Made by a program: the position numbers and the translations under genes. The notes under the pieces are model-generated. The model saw nothing but the letters and a program-made list of their open reading frames with translations, ran no database searches and was not told where the DNA came from. Positions 41,655-51,582 of a DNA stretch of 64,000 nt are shown piece after piece. This DNA is from Thecamonas trahens ATCC 50062. Its lineage: Eukaryota > Protista > Apusomonadida. Positions within the stretch are counted from its first letter, which is position 1; each line of letters begins with the position of its first letter. The stretch spans positions 567,278-631,277 of the forward strand of contig NW_013657674.1 in assembly GCF_000142905.1 (NCBI RefSeq), given 5' to 3'.

Positions 41655-42366
41655 CCCAACCACCTCAACACACCTCGTGACGTCCAAAAACGAACACACG
41701 CTCCAAGCCACCGCCCCCTTTCCTCCCTCTCCTCCTCCTCCTCCCCCCCCTCCCCCTTCTCTCCCCCCCCCCCCTTTCCTTCACCTCATCTCTTCCACTA
41801 CAGTCCGTACAATGGCTGCCATCTCGACACCAAAGCTGAGAGAACAGGTTGGCAGAGGTGACTCGTTGGAGCCGCCGGCCGACTGGCCCGTCGGCTGCCC
41901 TCCTGGACTGCTGGCCGCATCCCTGGACCGTCGGCCACCCGGCCACTTTGCTTATCGGCACTTCACCTGGACCGATTGGCTCCTTGGCTGGATCAAGGCC
42001 AACCGGCTCATTAGCCAAGGGACTAGACTAGAGACGGGACGCGGTGGATTCAGGTCGGCTGCAAGCTGCTGGCTCAACAGCACATGGGCTCAATTCGGCC
42101 CAATCGACGGGCGCGGCGAGATCGTGGCGGAGCAGGCCACAGCCCAAGCTCACAGGCAAGCCCAGAAGCAAGCTCGAAGACCCAAAGCCTTGATCGAGCC
42201 ACCCCCCTTATCCAGCCCCATCACCCTGGCTCGTCATCCCGCCGGCACCAAAGCCCATCCGTCCCAGCTACGATTTCATTCGCCCCACGAATGGAAAGAC
42301 AAGACACTCAGGGGACAGACGTCAACAAGAGCAATTGGTTGCACCTCACCCTCAGTCGGGGAGGAC

Positions 42367-44199
42367 ATGTCACAGGTGACCTCGCTGCGAGAGTGCACAC
42401 CTGCCGACGTGGACAAGTATGTGTGTATTCCTGTGGACGAGCGCATCGCCATCCGCAAGTTTGTCGTCGACCGCAAGGGCCTGACCTGGGTCCGTGGCTC
42501 CGCCCTCTACCAGTTCACCAAGACCGAGCTGGTCCAGGTCTACAAGCGCATTGTGGCCAGGGATGATGTCTCGGGCGTGCTGTACGAAGGTGAGGCGCTG
42601 CGAGCTCTCCTCGGGTTCAGGACGGCTGACGGTGCAGAGATCAACGCTCTCAGGCTCAAGCCCAAGTCGTTTCCGGGCATCACCCTCTTCATCCAGAGCA
42701 CTTCGGTCAATCGGGTGCTCTTGCCGGATACTACCATGCTCTACGAGGCCTCGCCTGAAGATCGCCAGACGCTCGGCTTCCGTCCGGCAGACGCGCTGGT
42801 CAATGCCAAGGAGCTCCGCGGCTCCCAGTCGCGCATGAAAGAGTTCTTGGCCACCGAAGGCGCGTCGTCGTCGCCGCCGCCACCGTCGCTCACACCACCA
42901 CCGCCTTCGGGCACATTGCAGAGGAGTCCAATGCCAGCGGTTGCCGCGATGGGCCAGCCTCCGCCCAACACGCTGTATGCGGCGCCGGGCACGCCGCCGC
43001 CAGCTCCGCCGCTCCCGGCCAGCCTTGCCGCCGTTCCAGTCTCGGCGTGGTCGGTGGCAAATGTCGTCGAGTGGCTCGAGTGGCTCGGGCTCGGGAACAA
43101 GCTCGGAGCCGCCTTTGTCGCTGCTGACATTGACGGCGAGGTTCTAGCCGAGCTTACCGACGACGAGCTCCGCGACGAGCTCGGGTGCACGCTCGGCATG
43201 GCCAAGAAGCTGGCGCGGGCGCGAGTGGCGCTGTTCGGTGGCGGCTACGCCTCGCCGACACTGTCGTCTCCGCTGCCTGCGGGCGGTGCGTCCGAGGTGC
43301 TAAGTCCCGGCGATGCCGTCGAGTACGAACAACCGGCGTGGGAGATCCCCATGGCGGACCTGACCAAGATCGAGATGGTTGGCTCGGGCGCGTTCGGGCA
43401 GGTCTTCCGCGGCAAGTGGCGTGGCGCGCCGGTCGCCATCAAGATGCTCTCGATGCGGACGCTCGACGCGCAGCAGCTTGATGACTTTCGCCGCGAAGCC
43501 GCCATCATGACCCAGCTCGAGCACCCACACGTTGTGTCGATGATGGGCATCTCATCGCAGCCACCTGACTTGGCCATTATTGTCGAGTTCTGTCCCGGCG
43601 GCTCGCTCGACAAGTATCTATTTGATCCGTCCATCGAACTCTCCGACTGGCACAAGCTCAAGCTCGTCCGTGGCATTGCCGCCGGCATGACGTACCTCAC
43701 GTCGGCCGGCGTTGTCCACCGCGACCTTGCCGCCCGCAACATCCTCGTCACCGAGGACGGCGAGGCCAAGATCTCCGACTTTGGCATGTCGCGTGCAGAC
43801 CTTATGCCCAAGAACACCACAGAGTCGGCAGTTGGCCCGCTCAAGTGGATGGCGCCAGAGGCACTCGCCCGCTCGTACTCGGAGAAGACCGATGTGTGGG
43901 CGTTCGGCGTCACCCTCTGGGAGATTGTCAACCGCTCGCTCCCGTTCCCAGAGCTGAACAACATCGAAGTCGCGGCCGGCGTTCTCCACAACGGCCTCCG
44001 CCTGCCAATCTACCCGGACACACTCCCCGAGTGGTCCGCCATCATGGTCGCTTGCTGGGCCCAGGATCCCGCCGCCCGCCCTTCCTTTGCCCAGATCTCC
44101 GAACACGTCGAGTCGCTGTGGGCAGCCGCCGCCCCCGCGCCGGTACCTAAGCCTGCACCCGAGCCTGCGCCCGAGGCTGCACCGACGTCATCGGCCTAG
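42367..44199 (+). CDS. Tyrosine kinase(-like) protein: N-terminal QSTSxNR domain, Pro-rich linker, SAM, kinase
   Basis: SAM WSVANVVEWL...IDGEVL..LTDDEL..LG; GSGAFG, VAIK, HRDLAARN, DFGMSR, GPLKWMAPE, DVWAFG. Confidence 0.92.
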   Translation: MSQVTSLRECTPADVDKYVCIPVDERIAIRKFVVDRKGLTWVRGSALYQFTKTELVQVYKRIVARDDVSGVLYEGEALRALLGFRTADGAEINALRLKPKSFPGITLFIQSTSVNRVLLPDTTMLYEASPEDRQTLGFRPADALVNAKELRGSQSRMKEFLATEGASSSPPPPSLTPPPPSGTLQRSPMPAVAAMGQPPPNTLYAAPGTPPPAPPLPASLAAVPVSAWSVANVVEWLEWLGLGNKLGAAFVAADIDGEVLAELTDDELRDELGCTLGMAKKLARARVALFGGGYASPTLSSPLPAGGASEVLSPGDAVEYEQPAWEIPMADLTKIEMVGSGAFGQVFRGKWRGAPVAIKMLSMRTLDAQQLDDFRREAAIMTQLEHPHVVSMMGISSQPPDLAIIVEFCPGGSLDKYLFDPSIELSDWHKLKLVRGIAAGMTYLTSAGVVHRDLAARNILVTEDGEAKISDFGMSRADLMPKNTTESAVGPLKWMAPEALARSYSEKTDVWAFGVTLWEIVNRSLPFPELNNIEVAAGVLHNGLRLPIYPDTLPEWSAIMVACWAQDPAARPSFAQISEHVESLWAAAAPAPVPKPAPEPAPEAAPTSSA

Positions 44200-44315
44200 C
44201 GATAAAAGATGTGATGCGCAGCCGGTGGCTCTCGCGCGACACGTGCTGTCAGCGCACTCTTCTTGCTCCACTCGCTGTCAAGACCACTTCTCCGCGCGCC
44301 ATCTCCACGCTCCCC

Positions 44316-45656
44316 ATGGCTGCCCATCCCCGCACCCTCCCCATCCCGGGCAAGTATGTTCTGTCGTCGGTCGACAACCTCATGCCGCCAGTCTATGTGC
44401 CTGTTGTGTGGAGCTATGTCGCGCCCGAGGCGGTGACCGAGCCGAGCTGGAGTGAGGCAACACTGCCTGGCCTGCGCACCTCGTTCGAAGCCACGGTCCG
44501 CGAGTTCTTCCCGCTCCTCAACCATCCGCTGCGGCACGCAGACGACATCGGCTTTTATGTTGCTACCGACGACGATGCGCTACCGGCGCTGTTCCAGGTC
44601 GGCGAGCGGGTGGCTGGGGCTGCGGTGCCGGAAGTGGGCGAGGCGACGGGCGAATGGATGCCGCCGCGATCGAGCTACGCACCGCACGATCCCGAGAACG
44701 ATGCCATCGGCACAGAGCACGGCGAGCGGAGTATGCTGGTCCGTGTCACGCCGATGAGCAACGGAGTGTGTATTTTTGCCGCTTTTCACCACTCCGTGGT
44801 CGACGCTGGCTCGATAGTGGCGTTCATGGCCGCGTGGTCGGTGGTGGCAGAGGAAGGGCTCGAGGCCGCGCGCGCAAAGGTCAGTATGACTGACGATCGC
44901 AGCCTGCTCCGCGGCAAGGCCAGCGAGACGGAGCTTGCTTTGCCGATAACCTGTGGCCAGGCTATCCCAATCGAGTACCTTCCCCAAGCAGAGCTGAATG
45001 CGCTGGCACAGACGACACCGGCGCCCGAGCTCCTGCGCAAGCGGTACACGCGAGCCCAGATCGACGCAGCCAAGAGTGCACAAGCCGAGGGCGACTTTGT
45101 GCCGACTGCCAACGAGGTGGTGTGCACCGACGTGCTCAAGACCGTGGCGGCGCGGCTGGACGCCGATGCCGAGTTTGCGCTGCAGTTTCCGGCCAACTTG
45201 CGCGGGCGATACCACAGTCTCCCTGCCGACTACTTTGGCGCCGCGGTGCTGATGTGCATCACCAAGGGCTGGAGGGCGGGTGAAATTGTCGACATGCCAG
45301 CAGTAGACGTGGCGCGGGCGATGCGGGCGGCCAAGGCCGCGCACACCAGCGAGGCTCACATCCAGACTGTGCTCGACTGGGAGGCGAGCCGGCCGTCCAA
45401 GCCACGGGTCTTTGTCGAGGCCGATGGCCATCATCTTGCGCTCACCAACTGGACAAGCTTTGAGTTTTATGACATCACTCTTGGCCTTGGCCAGCCATCG
45501 CTTGTCATTGTCGGCTACGCAATGTGGATCCCGTTCCTCGGCTATCTCCTGCCGTGCGAGCCATCAGCCGGGCGCGCGATCGATGTCATTGTCTCGCTCC
45601 CGCCGCGGTCAGACAAGGCGAGGCAAGAGCCCAACGAGCTTTCCATGTGCTCATAG
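44316..45656 (+). CDS. BAHD-like CoA-dependent acyltransferase, copy 1
   Basis: LSSVDN, HHSVVDAG (HxxxD), PANLRGR, YFG, TNW..F.FYDITLGLG (DFGWG-equivalent). Confidence 0.85.
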   Translation: MAAHPRTLPIPGKYVLSSVDNLMPPVYVPVVWSYVAPEAVTEPSWSEATLPGLRTSFEATVREFFPLLNHPLRHADDIGFYVATDDDALPALFQVGERVAGAAVPEVGEATGEWMPPRSSYAPHDPENDAIGTEHGERSMLVRVTPMSNGVCIFAAFHHSVVDAGSIVAFMAAWSVVAEEGLEAARAKVSMTDDRSLLRGKASETELALPITCGQAIPIEYLPQAELNALAQTTPAPELLRKRYTRAQIDAAKSAQAEGDFVPTANEVVCTDVLKTVAARLDADAEFALQFPANLRGRYHSLPADYFGAAVLMCITKGWRAGEIVDMPAVDVARAMRAAKAAHTSEAHIQTVLDWEASRPSKPRVFVEADGHHLALTNWTSFEFYDITLGLGQPSLVIVGYAMWIPFLGYLLPCEPSAGRAIDVIVSLPPRSDKARQEPNELSMCS

Positions 45657-45824
45657 CCATCGGACAATCGAACATTCGATAAAAAGGAGTTGGCGAGTGT
45701 GGTTGAGCAGAGCTGCGCCGAGTAGAGATGACCCGGCGAGTCGCCGTGACAAGACCAGACCTCGGCAGCGCGGCCAGAGCGGTGGGCAAGGCTATATGCA
45801 TTCCACTCAATAGCAGTTGGGACC

Positions 45825-47111
45825 ATGTACCAACTCTCAACGTTGGACAAGCTCATGCCACCGGTGTATGTGCCTGTGGTGTGGAGCTATGCTGCGGACG
45901 AGGCAGCGGCCGAGCCGAGATGGAGCGAGGAGACGGTGCCGGCTCTGCGCGACTCGTTCGAGGCCACGGTCCGAGAGTTCTTCCCGATCTTCAACCATCC
46001 TGTGCGACACGACGAGAAGAGCGGAATGATACTCGCGACCAATGACGATGCGCTGCCGGCTCTGTTCCAGGTCGGCGAGCGAGTGACTGAAGCAGCGGTG
46101 CCGGAGGCTGGCACGCCCGCGGGCGAGTGGCGGCCGCCGCGATCAAGCTACGCACCGCACGATCCCGAGAATGATGCCATCGGCGCAGAGCATGGCGAGC
46201 GGAGTCTGCTTGTCCGAGTCACGCCAGTGAGCAACGGGGTTTGCGTCCTGGCTTCGTTCCATCACTCAGTGGTTGACGCCGGCTCGATGGTGGCGTTCAT
46301 GATGGCATGGTCGGCAGTGGCGGAGGAAGGGCTCGAGGCCGCGCGCGATAAGATCGAGGTTGTGATGGAGCCGAGCCTGCTCCAGGGCGAGGCTGATGCT
46401 GCGCCAAGCAGCACGCCGCGGACATGCCGCAATCTCATTCCGATGCCATACATGACAACCCGCGATCTGGATGCATGGGCAAGCACTCTTCCCGAGCCGG
46501 CGCTGCTGCGCAAGCGGTTCACCCGCGCCGCCCTCGAGGCGACGCGCGAGGCAGGGCGGACTGCTGGTTTTGTGCCGACCTCGCACGAGATGGTGTGCGC
46601 CGAAGTGATGCGGGAGGCGGCCAAGTACCAGGCTCAAGACATGCCGTTCTCGCTACAGTTCCCAGCTAATCTCCGAGGACGCTACCGCAATCTGCCGGAC
46701 GCGTACTTTGGCTCTGCTGTCGTGCTCTGTGTCACCGAGCCGATGCCGGCCGGAAGCGTGGCCAAGGCTGATGTTGCGGTGCTTGCGCCGATGATCCGTG
46801 CTGCCAAGGAGCGATGGACAAGCAGCGCCGAGGTCGATGCTGTGCTCGGATGGGAGGTGGCGCGAGACGTCCGCCCGCGGCACTTTCCCGAGTCTGATGG
46901 CGCTCACATGGTTCTGACCAACTGGACAAGCTTCCCGTTTTTTGCTGTTACCCTCACCCTCGGCACGCCCGTCCACGTTGCGCCCGCGTACACGATGTGG
47001 GTCCCCAATCTCGGCCACATCCTCGCCACCGCGCCGTCGACCGATCGCGCCGCAGACGTCATATTTTGCCTTCCAGAGCCGGTACAGGCCAACTCCGAGA
47101 CGGCGCCGTAG
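45825..47111 (+). CDS. BAHD-like CoA-dependent acyltransferase, copy 2
   Basis: LSTLD, HHSVVDAG, PANLRGR, YFG, TNWTSFPFFAVTLTLG. Confidence 0.85.
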   Translation: MYQLSTLDKLMPPVYVPVVWSYAADEAAAEPRWSEETVPALRDSFEATVREFFPIFNHPVRHDEKSGMILATNDDALPALFQVGERVTEAAVPEAGTPAGEWRPPRSSYAPHDPENDAIGAEHGERSLLVRVTPVSNGVCVLASFHHSVVDAGSMVAFMMAWSAVAEEGLEAARDKIEVVMEPSLLQGEADAAPSSTPRTCRNLIPMPYMTTRDLDAWASTLPEPALLRKRFTRAALEATREAGRTAGFVPTSHEMVCAEVMREAAKYQAQDMPFSLQFPANLRGRYRNLPDAYFGSAVVLCVTEPMPAGSVAKADVAVLAPMIRAAKERWTSSAEVDAVLGWEVARDVRPRHFPESDGAHMVLTNWTSFPFFAVTLTLGTPVHVAPAYTMWVPNLGHILATAPSTDRAADVIFCLPEPVQANSETAP

Positions 47112-47256
47112 CGTGTAGACACACAGCAGCCTCTCACTGTGGCTTTTATGCTCCGTCGCGGTTGGTGGAAAGCGCCACACGTTGAACATTGCATGCGCAT
47201 CAGCGCGCGCACGTATTGCGTTGCACCTGTCGCCGCTTTCCGGAAACCGTTAGCAC

Positions 47257-48555
47257 ATGGCCGCAGCTCCAACCGGCCCCACACGCCATGCTCTCTCGTC
47301 GGTCGACAACATCATGCCTGCAGCATACATAAACGTGGTATGGAGCTATGTCGCGCCCGAGGCGGCGGCCGAGCCAAGCTGGAGTGAGGCAACACTGCCT
47401 GGCCTGCGCACCTCGTTCGAAGCCACGGTCCGCGAGTTCTTCCCGCTCCTCAACCATCCGCTGCGGCACGCAGACGACATCGGCTTTTATGTTGCTACCG
47501 ACGACGATGCGCTGCCGGCGCTGTTCCAGGTCGGCGAGCGGGTGGCTGGGGCTGCGGTGCCGGAAGTGGGCGAGGCGACGGGCGAATGGATGCCGCCGCG
47601 ATCGAGCTACGCACCGCACGATCCCGAGAACGATGCCATCGGCACAGAGCACGGCGAGCGGAGTATGCTGGTCCGTGTCACGCCGGTGAGCAACGGGATT
47701 TGCGTCCTGGCTTCGTTCCACCACTCGATGGCCGACGCTAGCGCAATGGTGGCGTTCATGGTCGCGTGGTCGATGGTGGCGGAGGAAGGGCTCGAGGCTG
47801 CGCGCGCACAAGTCGACGTCGTCCACGACCGCAGCCTGCTCCGCGGCAAAGCGAGCAAGGCGGAGCAAGCACCACCGGCCAACTGCGGCAAGGCCATTCC
47901 TTTTCCGTATGCGACAACGGCAGCTCTCGAAGCGATGGCGAGCACAGTACGCGCGCCTGAGCTCCTGCGCAAGCGGTACACGCGAGCTCAGATCGACACA
48001 GCCAAGAGTGCACAAGCCGAGGGCGACTTTGTGCCGACTGCCAACGAGGTGGTTTGCGCGGATGTGCTCAAGACCGCAGCGGGACGATTGGACGGCGACA
48101 CCAAGCTGGACCTACAGTTTCCGGCCAACTTGCGCGGGCGATACCACAGTCTCCCGGCAGGCTACTTTGGCAACGCCGTGTTGCCATGCGTCACACAAGC
48201 TTGGCAGGCTGCAGCACTCATCGCTGCCGACGATGTGACTCTTGGCCGGGCGGTCCGCGCCGCCAAGGAGACGTTTACTCGGGTGGCGGCGGTCGATGCG
48301 GTCCTCGCCTGGGAGGCGTCGCGGGTGACCAAACCTCGCCACTACATCGAGGCTGCTGGCGAGCACGTCATTGTCACCAACTGGTCGACGTTTCCATTTT
48401 ACTCGGTCACGCTTGGTCTCGACATGCCGGCGTACGTCATGCCCGTGACAACGATGTGGTTCCCTCTGCTCGGCTTTGTCATGCCGTCGCCGCCGTCGTT
48501 GCCGCGCGGGCTCGATCTGATCATGGCTCTTCCTCAGCGTGGCACGATCTCTTAA
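47257..48555 (+). CDS. BAHD-like CoA-dependent acyltransferase, copy 3
   Basis: LSSVDN, HHSMADAS, PANLRGR, YFGNAV, TNWSTFPFYSVTLGLD. Confidence 0.85.
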   Translation: MAAAPTGPTRHALSSVDNIMPAAYINVVWSYVAPEAAAEPSWSEATLPGLRTSFEATVREFFPLLNHPLRHADDIGFYVATDDDALPALFQVGERVAGAAVPEVGEATGEWMPPRSSYAPHDPENDAIGTEHGERSMLVRVTPVSNGICVLASFHHSMADASAMVAFMVAWSMVAEEGLEAARAQVDVVHDRSLLRGKASKAEQAPPANCGKAIPFPYATTAALEAMASTVRAPELLRKRYTRAQIDTAKSAQAEGDFVPTANEVVCADVLKTAAGRLDGDTKLDLQFPANLRGRYHSLPAGYFGNAVLPCVTQAWQAAALIAADDVTLGRAVRAAKETFTRVAAVDAVLAWEASRVTKPRHYIEAAGEHVIVTNWSTFPFYSVTLGLDMPAYVMPVTTMWFPLLGFVMPSPPSLPRGLDLIMALPQRGTIS

Positions 48556-48703
48556 AGTCCATGGCAAACACGCTTCATCACATCTCCCTCCCACGAACTC
48601 GTGCACTTGACCTCACGCCAACAAACGGCGAGTGCCCGGAGGGCGGTGGCGCGAAGCGACGTGACTCGCGACAGACACCACTGCACTCGGGGCTCGGGGA
48701 GCA

Positions 48704-50504
48704 ATGGAGGAGCTCACGCTCAAGAAGGCCGAGCTAAAGGCACAAATCCGGCGCCTCAAGGTACGTACACGTATCTATGCTCTTCCTCTCCCCCTCCCCC
48801 ATGCGTATCCCCAATGAGAGTGCGGGTGAGACAGCGCGCGGTCTGTTCTCGGCTGGCTGTTCCGCGAGTTTTTGGGCAAAGAGCCACGCGGGGCGGGGAA
48901 AGGCACTTTGGCGGGCCAGGGGCGACTTGCACATCGGGCAGATGGGATAGCGACTGACAGGGTGTTTGGACATGTCTATGTATGTATGTATGTATGTATG
49001 TTGTGTGTTTGTGTTTGTGGGTGTGCAGGAGGAGGGTGCCGAGCCGGAAAGGATTGCGCCAGTGTTTGAAGAGTACAAGGCGGTGTCGGCGGCGCTGAAG
49101 GAGAAGGAGGCTGCGGCTGGAGCTGCGGCTGCAGCTGCTGCTGCTACTGTTGCTGCTCCATCTGCCATTGGTGGCGCGGCAGCAGGTGCCGCCTCTGGCG
49201 CGGCGGCGACACCAGCGAGAGGTGCTGATCAGGGTGCCATGAGCCGAGAGGACGCCGAGGCGCGCAAGTCGTTCCTCAAGGGCGAGATCAAGCGCGGCAA
49301 GGCCGAGGGCTGGGATCCGGCCCGAGTCAAGGTGCTCTACGACGAGTACGTGGCGCTCAAGTCTGGGCTCGAGTCGGGCCAGTTTGAAGCGGGTGGCAGC
49401 AGGCCAGCGGGCGAGGCTGCAGCGGGAACTGCGGCTGTGCTTAGGGCGGGACCTGGTTTTACGCTCGACGAGGTGGTCATGCTCAAGGACGAGGCCAAGC
49501 GGCGGGTGAAGGATATCAAGACCAGCGCGCCGAGCGATACCGAGGCGCTGCGTGAAGTGTACGAGCTCTACACGGCACTCAAGGCCGACATCGAGGCCTA
49601 CCCGCAGATTTCCGACGCAGCGGGGCGGATGAAGGCGCTGATGGGCGGGAAGGGCGCAAACGATGGCAGGGCATCGGCCGGGACGCGCAAGGTTGCGGTA
49701 GCACCGGAGGCGCCGACACCGATGGCTGCGCCGACGACGACGCAGCCTGCGGTGAGTGCGGGCGAGGCGGCGCGGCTTGGCGAACAGATGTGGGCGGCGG
49801 CTAAGAAGGGCGACGCCATTCTTGTGCAGGAGCTGATCGAGGCCGGGGCAGAGGTCAACACGACGATGGAAAATGGAGCGAGCGGCCTGGTGGTGGCGGC
49901 ACTGCGTGGCCACTACGGAGTCGCCAAGGTGCTGACGGCTGCCGGTGCGGACGTGGAGGCGCAGGCACAGGGTGCGAGCCCGCTGTATTGCGCGGTGCAG
50001 AACGGGCACGTCGAAGTGGCCAAGGTGCTGCTCAATGGCGGAGCGTCGCCCAACTCGGTCAACACGACGGCGGCAGTGACGCCTCTGTGGATGGCGGCGT
50101 ACATGGGCGATACGGAGATGGTCAAAATTCTACTGGACGCCGGAGCCGACGTGCACGTGGCCAAGCCGCAGGGAGGCATCACGCCGCTGTCGATTGCAGT
50201 CGAGCGCGGCAAGCTCAAGTGCGTGGAGCAGCTCATTGCGGCAGGCGCGGACGTTGAGGCGCGTGACGCTGACGGGTTTACCTGCCTCTGCGTCGCCTCG
50301 CAGCATCAGAACCTGGCCATCGTCGACGCCCTCATTGGCGCGGGCGCCGACCTCAACGCGACGACGGCGTCGGGCGATGCGCCGATCGACATTGCCGCCA
50401 CCTGCGGCTTTGCACACACTGTCGACCGCCTCATCGACGCCGGAGTCCCGTTCCGCAACAACAAGAATGTCCAGGAGCTGGACCGCCTCCGCGATCTGCA
50501 GTAG
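48704..50504 (+). CDS. Ankyrin-repeat protein with three N-terminal helical-hairpin repeats; intron 48761-49028
   Basis: Exon 1 MEELTLKKAELKAQIRRLK|gtacgt...gcag|EEGAEP joins in phase 0; ~7 ankyrin repeats (TPLWMAAYMG, TPLSIAVERG). Confidence 0.88.
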
Positions 50505-50556
50505 CCAGTAGCCAGCCGTTTGTCTTGGTCGAGCACAAATGAAGACTAAACAGCGC

Positions 50557-51231
50557 TCAGGCCGCGTCTTCCTGGAGGGCGCGGACGGCGGCGAGGTTCT
50601 CGAAGAACTCGGGGTCAGCCAGAACGCCGCCGGCCGCCGCAATCTTGGCGTGGATGCTGGCCAACCACTCGGCCTCGCGGGCCTGGCCAGCCGGGTCGTC
50701 CAGTGCGCTTGTCTTGCCCATGGTCCAGTCCAGGGCGGCCGAAGTCGACGGCTTGGCGACCTGATTGATGTCGAGTTCGTCGTGTTCGGCGTAGTGGGCA
50801 AGGAAGACGTCGATCGACTCGGCGCGAGCGTCGAGTAAGTCCCATTCCTCCTTCGTTCCCTCGAGCATGCCGGCGTACTTGAGGACGTCCATGAGCGGCG
50901 TGGTGCCGTCTTCGCCACGGCAGGCGCTGGCGTCGGCGCCGGCCTCGAGGAGCATCTTGATGGGCCCAGGCTGCCCGTTGCGCGCCGCCTCGTGGAGCGG
51001 CGAGAGGCCGCGCTCGTCCAGCGCGTTGACGTTGGCGCCGGCGTCGATGAGCAGCTTCATCACCTTGACCGCGTTATTGCGTGCCGCAAAGTGCAGGACC
51101 GAGGCGTCATATAGCTCGGGGTATGTCGTTGTGGCCACCGCCGGGTCAGCCTCCAGCGCCTTGGCAATGTGCTTGGCGTCGTCGTTCTCCACCAGCTTGC
51201 GGAGCTTGTCCTTGGTCATGTTGGCACCCAT
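50557..51231 (-). CDS. Small ankyrin-repeat protein, candidate N-myristoylation (MGANMT)
   Basis: SVLHFAARNN...LIDAGANVNA, SPLHEAARNG...LLEAGAD, GTTPL. Confidence 0.85.
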   Translation of the reverse strand: MGANMTKDKLRKLVENDDAKHIAKALEADPAVATTTYPELYDASVLHFAARNNAVKVMKLLIDAGANVNALDERGLSPLHEAARNGQPGPIKMLLEAGADASACRGEDGTTPLMDVLKYAGMLEGTKEEWDLLDARAESIDVFLAHYAEHDELDINQVAKPSTSAALDWTMGKTSALDDPAGQAREAEWLASIHAKIAAAGGVLADPEFFENLAAVRALQEDAA

Positions 51232-51582
51232 GGCGATTGTTGTCCAGAGGAGTATGACTTGTTTGCCTTGCCTATCCCACACCCCTATGCCCTTTGACTT
51301 TCCCGCCGGGCTATTTATTTGGTTTGGGTGTTTTTCGCAAATGCGACGGGGGCGTGGGTGCGGAGCTGCGGTGAAATGGTTGTTGCGGTGTGTGTGTGCG
51401 TGGGTAGGTCGAGCTGCAAACCGAGCAAAATTTTTCACCTTTCCCTTCCCTTCCCCCCCCCCTCGCTCACTTTTGCTCCTTCCTTTCAACGAACGCACTT
51501 CTCACTTGGCAACCTCCGCCGCCTTCGCCCTCCACTCTTCGACCACCACTCCCCCCCCCCCCCCTTTCCCAAAGGCTCGATC

